Origin: a virus
Taxonomy: Duplodnaviria > Caudoviricetes
Direction: 5' to 3' (one strand)
DNA length: 34,776 nucleotides
Virus record (IMG/VR): IMGVR_UViG_3300036760_000005
Coordinates: 1 to 34,776 of that record
Shown piece after piece: positions 17,837 to 26,550 of this stretch. Under the pieces are notes generated by a model. That model did no database searches. It was not told where the DNA came from and saw only the letters and a program-made list of their open reading frames with translations. Both the position numbers and the translations under genes were made by a program. How positions within the stretch are numbered: position 1 is the stretch's first letter; the number at the start of each line of letters is the position of its first letter.

Positions 17837-20599
17837 ATGGCCTTCTTGAAGTACGCCAAAGCGACTGTTCAGAAGCCGGGGATTAAATTCGCGGAGTGGG
17901 ACGCTCTGCGTCGTACCGCATTGTCCCCCGCTCCGGACTTTCAGAAGCGTACTGCCAAGGTCATTCTCGAAGAGTACGACCCTGCCAAATACATGTTGAG
18001 CCATGCGACCATCGTGGCGTCAGTCAACGTTGATAACGCTCAGGCCCCATTGGGGCGTCACTATGTGGACGGCTTCGAGGTGGATCGGCAGTACCCGGAC
18101 TACTACGTCACTGCCGATACGAGCCAGTACATCAATAACAACAACGATGCGTTTGAGCGTAAGTTGCTGTTAGCGTCGTTCAAGACGTTCATTGGGGCGC
18201 ACAGTTACGTAGAGCACGTGCAGATTCCTGAGCTTGCTAAGGGTCGCATCATCGATGCCGCAGCTCGGGATGTTGGTGACTCCGTGTACATCGACATTCT
18301 GATTGCGAACGACATCAAGCATGCTGACTTGATTCGTGCGATCAAGAGCGGGCAGCTCGGTACGTTGAGCATGGGGTGTTTTACCCCCGGTGCTCAAGTG
18401 ACCATGTTCGATGGTACTCGTCTGCCAATAGAAGAGGTAGCAGTCGGGGATATCGTGATGTCCCACACAGGGAATCAGCGGGAAGTTACAGCTAAGCAGA
18501 TTAAGGTGGGGCGCTTTGGGATGAAGCGTCTTGATGTGGTTGGGGTCCCCTCCCCTATCGAGGCCACAAACATCCACCCATTTTTTGTACTACGTGCGCC
18601 CGAGCTTTGTGCATGTGGGTGCGGAGAGCGTTTAACCTACAGCCCAACAGAAAATGTTCAGCGCCGTGTCTCTAAGCGTTTCAGAATTGGGCATCAGATG
18701 CGGGTTTTTAATCCGAATGGCCCCTATTCTCTTGCAGAAGCACGAGAACGTCGTACTCGTTTGAGTCAGATTCATACGAGGCAAGAGTTGGTTGAGGTAC
18801 AGGCTGATCAACTTCAGGTTGGTGACTTACTGTGCTTTCCTAAATCTCAGGTTGCAGAAGTCGGTGGTGGCACTCCGGGTAAGGCCCGCTTGTTGGGGTA
18901 TTTCTTAGCCGAAGGATCCTTCCTTAAGCGTAAAGGTGTTCCAACTGAGGTCCAGTTCAATTTTTCTATGGCCGAGAAGTCTACCTTCGTAGCTGAGGTG
19001 GCTAGCCTGATCCGTCAGGAGTTCCCTGAGGCGGGTAATCCTTGGATTCAAGAACGTGTGGATCGTGATACCTGTGTTGTCCACGCTACAGGCAAGGATA
19101 TGGTTCAGTGGTTTCACGCACATGGTGGAGAATACTCGGATCGTAAATGCTTGTCCGCTGAGGTTATGGGGTGGTCTAAGGACCTGCAAATCCAACTTAT
19201 CGGTACATGGCTGAATGGTGACGGTACTATTAGGTCTGATTTGGCGTCCGGCGCAAGTGGCACTACCACCTCTTATTCTTTGGCGTGCCAGTTGCATATG
19301 TTGTTCATGCGTTGTGGGTTGTTCGCACGCATGTACTGTAGTTTTGATGGGCACTCCTGTGCGGTCCAAGAGGCCGTCAATGGTGGTCGATTACTTCGTG
19401 GTCTAAGTAATGGACGGTTAGCAGCTTTCACCTTGAACACTAATCAAAGGGGTTCTAAGGCTCTTGAGTTTGCTACAACTAAAATGAGTGCCGGTGTTGG
19501 GGAAAACTCTCCGTGGCGTGAGTCTGAGACGCACGTCTTCTTCCCCGTCCGGTCGATCGAGAGCTTCCAGTATGAGGGGCCTGTCTACGATATGACGGTC
19601 GAAGAAGACCATTCCTATATCGTAGAGGGTGTAGCGGTTCACAACTGTTCCACTTCGAGCACGACCTGCACGAAGTGCGGCAATGTTGCTAAGGACGAGA
19701 CACAGCTCTGCGCCTGTATCCGCTTCTTCAAGGGCAGTGAATTCTTTGACGAGTTTGGGACCAAGCGTAAGGTTGCAGAACTGTGCGGTCATTACACCGA
19801 CCCGAACTCAGTAAAGTTCATTGAGGCCAGTTGGGTTGCGAACCCCGCCTTCAAGGGCGCAGTGATTCGTAACATCCTTACGGCGAAAGAACTCAAGGGC
19901 GTCGAAGACAAGATGCATCTTGCGTTCACTATCCCGACTCCTGCTGCGGATCCTAACGCTATGCGTAAGGCCGCTCGTATGCTCTTTTCGCAGCAAGAGG
20001 CCCCAGCTCAAGCGCCAGCTCAAGAGCCACCGGCTGATCCTGCAACGGATGCCGCACCTCCGGGTGAGCAGGCCGATCCAATGCAAAAGACGGTGGACGA
20101 CCTGGCAAAGGCCCTGCGTGACCAAGCTATTGAGAAGGTCCGTAAGGAGATGAACGAGGGCGAGGCGGGTAAGGTCAAAGAGGTTGTTGACGAGAACAAG
20201 CAGAACGAATCGCTGATTCGGTCGGCCATGAAATCCCCCGAATGGCGTCGTGTGGCGAAATTCGTAATTTCTTTTGTTGGGAAATCTCAGGCTAGGAAGG
20301 TGCTGATCGGCCTTATCCACCACAAGGGTGGCGGTTGGAAGCAGGTACGTAACGCAGGGTTCACAGGTACAGACATGTTGGCCCTATCTCGCGTTATTGA
20401 TGTGATGACCCAAAAAACTTCCATGGCCGGTGAAACAAGAGTTTATAGGACTGTCCTTAGTGTGGGCGGGACAGCCCCATATGGAGATGCAGAGACCTAC
20501 TTGGCGGCTTGTCGTCAGGTACTAGGCCGGGTGGTAACCGGCAGCGAGGCAGCCAAGCTTCTTGAAAAAGGTCGCTTGTATGCTTTGGGCCGGTCGTGA
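17837..20599 (+). CDS. Prohead maturation protease (intein-containing precursor)
   Basis: Exteins show NNNNDAF, YVEH (candidate catalytic His), KGRIIDA, LSMG-C (candidate catalytic Ser), a CxxC zinc insertion and FIEASWVANPAF. The gene lies upstream of the scaffold and capsid genes. Confidence 0.85.
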   Translation: MAFLKYAKATVQKPGIKFAEWDALRRTALSPAPDFQKRTAKVILEEYDPAKYMLSHATIVASVNVDNAQAPLGRHYVDGFEVDRQYPDYYVTADTSQYINNNNDAFERKLLLASFKTFIGAHSYVEHVQIPELAKGRIIDAAARDVGDSVYIDILIANDIKHADLIRAIKSGQLGTLSMGCFTPGAQVTMFDGTRLPIEEVAVGDIVMSHTGNQREVTAKQIKVGRFGMKRLDVVGVPSPIEATNIHPFFVLRAPELCACGCGERLTYSPTENVQRRVSKRFRIGHQMRVFNPNGPYSLAEARERRTRLSQIHTRQELVEVQADQLQVGDLLCFPKSQVAEVGGGTPGKARLLGYFLAEGSFLKRKGVPTEVQFNFSMAEKSTFVAEVASLIRQEFPEAGNPWIQERVDRDTCVVHATGKDMVQWFHAHGGEYSDRKCLSAEVMGWSKDLQIQLIGTWLNGDGTIRSDLASGASGTTTSYSLACQLHMLFMRCGLFARMYCSFDGHSCAVQEAVNGGRLLRGLSNGRLAAFTLNTNQRGSKALEFATTKMSAGVGENSPWRESETHVFFPVRSIESFQYEGPVYDMTVEEDHSYIVEGVAVHNCSTSSTTCTKCGNVAKDETQLCACIRFFKGSEFFDEFGTKRKVAELCGHYTDPNSVKFIEASWVANPAFKGAVIRNILTAKELKGVEDKMHLAFTIPTPAADPNAMRKAARMLFSQQEAPAQAPAQEPPADPATDAAPPGEQADPMQKTVDDLAKALRDQAIEKVRKEMNEGEAGKVKEVVDENKQNESLIRSAMKSPEWRRVAKFVISFVGKSQARKVLIGLIHHKGGGWKQVRNAGFTGTDMLALSRVIDVMTQKTSMAGETRVYRTVLSVGGTAPYGDAETYLAACRQVLGRVVTGSEAAKLLEKGRLYALGRS
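18377..19645 (+). mobile_element. Intein (423 aa) with a LAGLIDADG homing endonuclease
   Basis: Block A CFTPGAQV, block B TNIHPF, LAGLIDADG helices LLGYFLAEGS and LIGTWLNGDG, block F VYDMTVEEDHSY, and block G VHN followed by a +1 Cys. Confidence 0.95.
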
Positions 20600-20642
20600 A
20601 TCTTTTTATAAAACCTCAGCCTACGAGTAAAGGATCCCTACC

Positions 20643-21872
20643 ATGCGCGAGCGTACTACCTGGAACCGTGAAGAAGTTGTGAAGAAGGCTGCCCTTATGA
20701 AGACGGCGGATCCTTACACCATGAACCAAGAACACCCCCAACCGGCGGCTGACAAGTACGTGACGGGGGACCCCAGCACGTTCGCCGAAGACGTGCACAA
20801 GCCGAACACTTGGGAAACCGAGTACAGCGGTGATGAGGTCAAGCGCAATGAGATCGGGATGCCCGAGATGCGCTCTGACACCTTCAACCACTCGGAGAAG
20901 ACCGCGAAGGAAGTTCTGCTCAAGAAGGCAGACCTTTGCGTAGCGGTTGCCCGGATCATGTTGGCAGGTATCAAGACCGCCAGTGAGAAGGCGGTTGAGA
21001 ACCAGGCGTTCTCTCTCATGTTCATGCCTGACCAGGCGTTGATCGCGACCCATAAGCGTCTTGCTGGTGAACAGCAGGATGAGGGTGACGATGAGGACGC
21101 AGGCCAGGATAAGCAGGCGCAGCAGGATCAGGACAAGGATCAGGCGAAGCAGGCGCAGCAGGATCAGGACAAGGATCAGGATCAGGCGAAGCAGGCGCAG
21201 CAGGATCAAGATCAGGGTCAAGAGAAGCAAGCTGCCCTGAAGACCCTGGCATCCAAGGTAGCGGCCAGCCTTCAGGCTGGTGACTACAAGCGTGCTCAGG
21301 AGCAGATGCAGCAGTTGGTGCAGCAGCAAGGTCAGGGGCAGCAACAGCAGGTGAGCCAGCAGCAAATGCAGGCTCAGATCCAGCAGATGATTCAGGAAGC
21401 TATGGGTCAGATGCAGGCCCCTGCTCAGCAAGCTCAACAGCAGCAGGCCCCTGCTCAGCAGGCTCCTGCTCAGCAAGCCCAACAGCAGCAGGACCCTGCT
21501 CAGCAAGCTCAACAGCAGATGCAGAGTGATGAGCAGACGCTCGATCAGATGCTTGCTCAGGACGGCTGCGGCCCGATGGCTGAGTCGGACATCCAGATGG
21601 AGACATCTCCGATGGATATCGGCATGGACGACCTTGGTCCCGAGGACGAGGCTCTTCGCACGTTGTTCGCACAGGACGACGAGCAAGAGGTTCAGCAGCA
21701 GCAGAAGCAAGCCAACGTTCGTACGGCTTCCACCCGCACGGTGGGGACTCGTCCGACGGCTGGCGTAGCTAAGCTCGGTGGTGGTTCGCAGGGTGGTGGC
21801 GCTAGCGTCGCTGACTTGTCGAGCATGTGGCAGTCGGCCCCGGACGTCCGGGACGCTTTCGGCCTCAAGTGA
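20643..21872 (+). CDS. Putative capsid scaffolding protein, Gln-rich
   Basis: Lies between the protease and the cement/capsid genes with AAAGGA upstream. It is low-complexity and helical with a short ordered C-terminal tip. Confidence 0.75.
   Translation: MRERTTWNREEVVKKAALMKTADPYTMNQEHPQPAADKYVTGDPSTFAEDVHKPNTWETEYSGDEVKRNEIGMPEMRSDTFNHSEKTAKEVLLKKADLCVAVARIMLAGIKTASEKAVENQAFSLMFMPDQALIATHKRLAGEQQDEGDDEDAGQDKQAQQDQDKDQAKQAQQDQDKDQDQAKQAQQDQDQGQEKQAALKTLASKVAASLQAGDYKRAQEQMQQLVQQQGQGQQQQVSQQQMQAQIQQMIQEAMGQMQAPAQQAQQQQAPAQQAPAQQAQQQQDPAQQAQQQMQSDEQTLDQMLAQDGCGPMAESDIQMETSPMDIGMDDLGPEDEALRTLFAQDDEQEVQQQQKQANVRTASTRTVGTRPTAGVAKLGGGSQGGGASVADLSSMWQSAPDVRDAFGLK
21111..21233 (+). repeat. Coding tandem repeat, about 3 units of 36-42 nt (KQAQQDQDKDQA)
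   Basis: AAGCAGGCGCAGCAGGATCA recurs at 21111, 21147 and 21189. Confidence 0.9.
21414..21518 (+). repeat. Coding tandem repeat (QAPAQQAQQQ-type)
   Basis: CCTGCTCAGCA recurs four times in frame. Confidence 0.85.
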
Positions 21873-21879
21873 ATTTCCT

Positions 21880-21905
21880 CATCCGGCCCCTACGGGGGCC
21901 GGATG
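21880..21905 (+). promoter_or_regulatory. Perfect 11-bp hairpin with a C(UACG)G tetraloop between the scaffold and cement genes
   Basis: CATCCGGCCCC-TACG-GGGGCCGGATG, with no U-tract after it. Confidence 0.75.
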
Positions 21906-21964
21906 CTTAGATCGGATCGAATGTGAAGCACCCAGTCAACAACCCCCGTTAGGAGTAGTCAAGA

Positions 21965-22603
21965 ATGACTTCTTTTGCCATCGGCGGTCAAAGCTCGGGT
22001 GATTTCAGGGAGACCAGCGGCAGAGTGCAACTTTTCCACGTCGTGACCCGCAATTCTGTGGGCCTACTGACGCCGGATGCGTTCACGCAAGCCAACCCTC
22101 CTGTAGTCACCGGAGCCACGACCAAATCCACAACGCTAGCGAGCATTACCAGGGTCGGTATCCTGGGAAGTTCGATCGCGTTCACCCGCCCTGATGTTGG
22201 AAACAACTACATCGGCGGCCCGGTCAAGCCCGGCGGCGCGTATGCCGTTGGTTACTTGCCCCTCGGCATCTTCATCAATGATGCCTTGGGTAACGCTTTC
22301 GAGAACACCCCGGGCGTCGCGTCCGGTCGTGGGCCGTACGTGTGCGGCAGCGGAAGCACGGTCGGAGCTACGCTCTACGAAACCAAGAAGCAGCTCGCGG
22401 CTGCTCCTGGTGACCCAATCACCTACGCTGTTGGTGACAAACTGTACGCTTCGGTGAACGGTTTGCTGACCAACGTCCTCGCGGACGCCTACGAGTACAA
22501 CGTTGCAGGTCAGAACGACATCAAGTTCGTGACGCTGCTCGGTGTGGTCAAGGTCGCTCCAGACGCTAACTCTTCGCTCCTCGTTTTGGACCTTCGGGTC
22601 TGA
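21965..22603 (+). CDS. Capsid cement/decoration protein
   Basis: AGGAG RBS, directly upstream of the major capsid gene. It has the PLGIF...YAVGDKLYASxNGLLT...GVVKVAP pattern typical of cement proteins. Confidence 0.75.
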   Translation: MTSFAIGGQSSGDFRETSGRVQLFHVVTRNSVGLLTPDAFTQANPPVVTGATTKSTTLASITRVGILGSSIAFTRPDVGNNYIGGPVKPGGAYAVGYLPLGIFINDALGNAFENTPGVASGRGPYVCGSGSTVGATLYETKKQLAAAPGDPITYAVGDKLYASVNGLLTNVLADAYEYNVAGQNDIKFVTLLGVVKVAPDANSSLLVLDLRV

Positions 22604-22624
22604 GGAAAGAAAGGAGCCAAGAAA

Positions 22625-23503
22625 ATGGGCCAAGTATCAAACGAGACCAAACAAAAGGTTATCAGCGAGTACATCAAGACCGCTGCTGGCCGTGCGAAGC
22701 TCGCCGCTTCGATGATCCAACCCCTGCGTCTCCGCCGTGACTACTCGTCAGTTGGTCGTAAGACCTTCCTGGTCGAGCAGCTCCCGGATGGTGCGTTGCC
22801 GATCTACGACAAGGATCCGGATGTGACCGCGTTCGTGGTGGGTGAAGAGGGTGAAAACATCCTTGCCATCCAGAAGCCACGTCGCGTGATCTTCCCCTTG
22901 TTCGAGATCGCCTCGAACCCGGAGATCCCGCTCACCCAGATCAAGGAGCGTCGTTTCGATCTGATCGAGCGTGCCCAAGATCTGGCGAAGGCGCAGATCC
23001 AGGCAGCAGAGGACGAGCGTGTGTTCGCGATCCTTGACAGCATCGCTGTCTCGGGCTTCGACACGCTGCCCGGCCAGACCAACCCGGACGTTCCGGTGGT
23101 TGCCCCCATCAGCCCGGCGGTTCTCGCCGATGCGTTCGCAGAGGTGGAACGTCACGATCTTCGTGTCGCCCGCATCTACATGAACGCGGTGGACTACGCG
23201 GACATCCGCAAGTTCGGTCGTGACATCTTGGACATTGAGAGTCAGGCCACCCTGCTCAAGACCGGCCTCCAGGCCGTTCTGTGGGGTGCTCAGATCATCA
23301 CGTCCAGGCTCGTTCCGGCTGGCTTCGCGTATGTTTGCTGCGAGCCAGAGCAGTTCGGTCGCATCCCGGTTAGGACGGAAATCACCGTCTTGTCTGCCGA
23401 TGACCCGAAGGCTCGCACCATCGGATTCTCGTGTTTTGAGAATCTGGGTATCGGCGCGTTCAACCCTCGCGGGTTGGCTCGTGTCGTCATCACCCGCGTC
23501 TAA
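22625..23503 (+). CDS. Major capsid protein (HK97 fold, 292 aa)
   Basis: Strong AAGGAG RBS, very high GC3 bias, and a downstream terminator. HK97-like elements are V.EEG, the spine helix AKAQIQAAEDERVF, MN..DY.DI, LWGAQIITSRLVP and GxxxFExLGIG. Confidence 0.9.
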   Translation: MGQVSNETKQKVISEYIKTAAGRAKLAASMIQPLRLRRDYSSVGRKTFLVEQLPDGALPIYDKDPDVTAFVVGEEGENILAIQKPRRVIFPLFEIASNPEIPLTQIKERRFDLIERAQDLAKAQIQAAEDERVFAILDSIAVSGFDTLPGQTNPDVPVVAPISPAVLADAFAEVERHDLRVARIYMNAVDYADIRKFGRDILDIESQATLLKTGLQAVLWGAQIITSRLVPAGFAYVCCEPEQFGRIPVRTEITVLSADDPKARTIGFSCFENLGIGAFNPRGLARVVITRV

Positions 23504-23527
23504 TCCTTAGTAATTCTGAGGGTTTGG

Positions 23528-23561
23528 GAAAGGGCTCTGTGGGAAACCACAGAGCCCTTTC
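23528..23561 (+). terminator. Probable intrinsic terminator after the capsid gene
   Basis: Perfect 15-bp inverted repeat GAAAGGGCTCTGTGG-GAAA-CCACAGAGCCCTTTC. The 3' end is T-rich (TTTCTGCGTTT). Confidence 0.85.
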
Positions 23562-23614
23562 TGCGTTTGGGGCCGTCTGTCGTTTTACGAAACCTACTCA
23601 CCTAACTAAACCAC

Positions 23615-23643
23615 TTGTCAGGCTTCTGGTGTAGTGGTACGGT
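23615..23643 (+). promoter_or_regulatory. Possible sigma70-like promoter for the LAGLIDADG gene
   Basis: TTGTCA, a 17-nt spacer ending in TGG (extended -10 TGn), then TACGGT. It lies just downstream of the terminator. Confidence 0.35.
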
Positions 23644-23652
23644 AGGTTGCCT

Positions 23653-25275
23653 ATGACTAGACCCCCCAAAGAGATACTGAGCGCTTTGTACACGGATCAG
23701 AACAAGACAGACATAGAGATAGGGGGTTTGTATGGGGTTACCGATGTTTCTGTGTCTAAGTGGCGTAAGGCACTTGGGGTACCAACCAAAAGCCAGCTCG
23801 TTAGGTCGGGGTCAGAACTTGCTTCTGGGTTGCAAGACCTAACCCCAGTGCAGCTCGCTGAGTTGTACTCGTCGATGGGTCAAAGGGCTATTGCGAAATT
23901 GTACGGTGTGTCTAAACCAACCATAGCCTCTAGGCTAAAGAAGTTTGGCATTCAACCCATATCCAAGACTGACCGCTCAACGTCTACACAGAGCTTGACG
24001 GACATCCAAAAGGAAGTCTGCATAGGTACCCTTTTAGGGGACGGGCACATACTCGACCGAGGGGTACTCAAGGTGTCCCATTACTATGGTCAGTTGGCCT
24101 ATTTGCGAGGCACTCATAAGGTTCTCTCCCCTCTTGTTCTCCCTATCTATTACGAAGAGAAGGAGATGGACAACGGCAGGGTGACCTTTGGGTTTGGGTT
24201 CAGGACTGTACAACATAGCTGGCTCCAATCCTTGCGGTCCATCTTTTACCCCGAGGGGGAGAAGATTTACCCTGAGTCTGTTCTACGGTCATTGAGCCCA
24301 AGATCGTTAGCTTACTGGTACTTTGACGATGGTCACCTAGACAGTGGGCTGCCGTATTTCGCCGTTGGTTCATTAACCAATGACAAGTTCTCTAGCCTTC
24401 TGTCCTTGTTTGGGCAGCGCTTCTCGCTGGATGTGTACGAGAAACCCGCATCGGAGACAAACAGGCTTTTGGGTATTCGAGCTAGGTCAGCGGACGCCTT
24501 CTTCTCCTTGATCAAAGAGTACGCGACACCGGACTTGCTCTACAAGTTACCTCCCAAACATTGGCCACAAGGGGTTTTATCTAGACTCCCGGCCAAGACC
24601 AAGGATGCTCTGTTACTCCCCAAGCATCTGAGTGATGAAGCTAAGCAGTGGGGATCGTTGGATGCCGACGACAAATCAGGGGTACCGGAGATTTTGACCT
24701 ATTTGATGCCGGGTGGCGGGTCAGACAAACCGCAAACCGAGTCGGTGCTTTGTTGGCCGAAGGGGTCTGGGAGCACCTATTCTATCCCATCCGAGGCACT
24801 TCCAGAGTTACCAAGGTGTGCGGAATGCGGCCGGGCTACCCCACTCTCTGACTTGGATCAAGTCAAGGTTTGTCAGCGATGTTTGAATACGCTGATGCGG
24901 GTGTGCTGGTGCGGGACTTCCTTTCGAGTACGGAGGAAAGATCACTTGTTCCATGATGCGAATTGCTATGCAAAATACAATAGGGCGCTTCATCGCCAAG
25001 AGAACCCGTCTAGCGGGGTGAGAGTATTCAAGTGCCAGCGGTGCTCTGATTCTTGGGAAACACCGGAGTCTGGTAACTTTAAATTCTGCCCCTCTTGTAA
25101 GGAGGCCTTAGAGATAGTGGGACGTACCAAGGTCTGTGCGTACCGGCACTGCGATCTTCAATTCGTAGATACCTCGACCAAAAACAGCATGAAATTCTGT
25201 CGCCCTGAGCATCAACGTAGAGAAAAGCTTTTCAGATCGGGGTTAGCAAAAGACCTGTCGTACTTTCGGACCTGA
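23653..25275 (+). CDS. Free-standing LAGLIDADG homing endonuclease with N-terminal HTHs and a Cys-rich C-terminal extension
   Basis: IGTLLGDG and LAYWYFDDG motifs, two HTH-like segments (IGGLYGVTDVSVSKW, IAKLYGVSKPTIASRL) and several CxxC pairs in the C-terminal part. Confidence 0.85.
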   Translation: MTRPPKEILSALYTDQNKTDIEIGGLYGVTDVSVSKWRKALGVPTKSQLVRSGSELASGLQDLTPVQLAELYSSMGQRAIAKLYGVSKPTIASRLKKFGIQPISKTDRSTSTQSLTDIQKEVCIGTLLGDGHILDRGVLKVSHYYGQLAYLRGTHKVLSPLVLPIYYEEKEMDNGRVTFGFGFRTVQHSWLQSLRSIFYPEGEKIYPESVLRSLSPRSLAYWYFDDGHLDSGLPYFAVGSLTNDKFSSLLSLFGQRFSLDVYEKPASETNRLLGIRARSADAFFSLIKEYATPDLLYKLPPKHWPQGVLSRLPAKTKDALLLPKHLSDEAKQWGSLDADDKSGVPEILTYLMPGGGSDKPQTESVLCWPKGSGSTYSIPSEALPELPRCAECGRATPLSDLDQVKVCQRCLNTLMRVCWCGTSFRVRRKDHLFHDANCYAKYNRALHRQENPSSGVRVFKCQRCSDSWETPESGNFKFCPSCKEALEIVGRTKVCAYRHCDLQFVDTSTKNSMKFCRPEHQRREKLFRSGLAKDLSYFRT

Positions 25276-25336
25276 TCCATAGTCTACTTATGCTTTTTCA
25301 GAAGGGGGTAGCTTTGCCCTCTAGATGGAGATCATA

Positions 25337-26437
25337 ATGGACCAAATCAAATTCAAATCGGGGGAGTTCCAGGATTTCATCGCAACCCGCACCTTTGAGC
25401 TAGGTACTTCTGGCGTCAAAGTGGTGAAGGGGACTGAGGTATCGTTTGACGGGTCCACCGTGAGTTACGGGGGTTCCACTTACATGTTCCCTCAGTTTCG
25501 AGGTGCTTCCAACGCAGGGTGGGTTGTGCTCGCTGTGGAATACGAAGAGGGCAACCCGCTCTATGGTGCACCGGCTTCTGCCAACATCAAGATGCGGCCT
25601 CCGACCGACTCTCAGGGGCAAGCCAAGACAGTCGTGGCCACCATTGAGGCGGATGAGCGTACGGTGATGAGTTCGGCAACCCATGCCGCAGCCACACGGG
25701 ACACCAACCGTGGTAAGTCGGTGAAGACGGGTAATACCCATGGCGTTGAATCTCAAGAGGGTGTTGCTGTGGGGCGCACCTTCAAGACTGCGGCTAAGTC
25801 TCGTAGTTCGTTGTCGGCGGAGTCGGCTGGTGAGGCTCTTCGTCAGGCCAACAACGTGCAGATCGAGGCTGGGCAGGGCATTACGGAAGAACAGATGTTG
25901 TCCCGCATGACCCCCGAGGACCGTGATGTCTACCGGGCGAAGAAAGACTCGTTGAAGTCCCGCTACGTTGATACGGACGTCAGTAGTCAGGGTACCCAGG
26001 TTGCGACGATTAAGACTGCCTCGGTCAAAGAAGCTGAGGGTATGAAGCTGACCCAATCGGTTGGCGGTGGGGTTGAGATTGCGGACATGGGTGGTATGGG
26101 TGGTAAGGCAGAGGCTTCGACCCGGACCGAGGATGGGATCACGTTCAAGAACACGAACGGACCCAAAGACAAGCCGCAGGTCCACCCGAGAACGGCAGCC
26201 GAGACCCCGGTGATGCACCTGGACGGCACGGCTGACATTCGGCGTAAGATCGCCCACACGATGTGCCCCGACTTCCCAGCGACCTACGATTTTGCAGCGT
26301 CCCCCAAGAAGAAGCTGGCCCGTTTGCAGGCTGACTTTGAGGACCGTCCGGATGTCTTGCGGGCGGTTTTTGCTATCGAGTCGGACGACTTCAAGAAGCA
26401 ACTCGTGGCAGAATTTCCGCAAGCCTTCCAAGGCTAG
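25337..26437 (+). CDS. Hypothetical protein, probable virion/head component
   Basis: GGAG at 25327-25330 precedes the ATG at 25337. Codon usage matches the structural genes, and it contains KTAA, KTAS and RTAA sites. Confidence 0.8.
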   Translation: MDQIKFKSGEFQDFIATRTFELGTSGVKVVKGTEVSFDGSTVSYGGSTYMFPQFRGASNAGWVVLAVEYEEGNPLYGAPASANIKMRPPTDSQGQAKTVVATIEADERTVMSSATHAAATRDTNRGKSVKTGNTHGVESQEGVAVGRTFKTAAKSRSSLSAESAGEALRQANNVQIEAGQGITEEQMLSRMTPEDRDVYRAKKDSLKSRYVDTDVSSQGTQVATIKTASVKEAEGMKLTQSVGGGVEIADMGGMGGKAEASTRTEDGITFKNTNGPKDKPQVHPRTAAETPVMHLDGTADIRRKIAHTMCPDFPATYDFAASPKKKLARLQADFEDRPDVLRAVFAIESDDFKKQLVAEFPQAFQG

Positions 26438-26550
26438 TCTAGCGGGTTGGGTTTCCTCTTGTGGGCCATGTTGTATAACCGTCTATTGCTCGCTACACGG
26501 CGAGACTGAGATCGCTGTCGTGATCCAGACGGTTGCCCCAAGGTAACCCA

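Noticed and set aside
20616-21710. 364-aa Leu-rich minus-strand ORF
   Set aside because: It is the antisense shadow of the CAG-rich scaffold gene (CAG reads as CTG), with no independent support.
22625-23503. Encapsulin rather than phage capsid, given the small size
   Set aside because: Terminase, portal, protease and scaffold in the same module indicate a true phage head.
25400-26431. 343-aa minus-strand ORF, and the many other minus-strand or alternate-frame ORFs in the track
   Set aside because: They lie within well-supported plus-strand genes and are expected from GC3 bias. None shows a recognisable motif.
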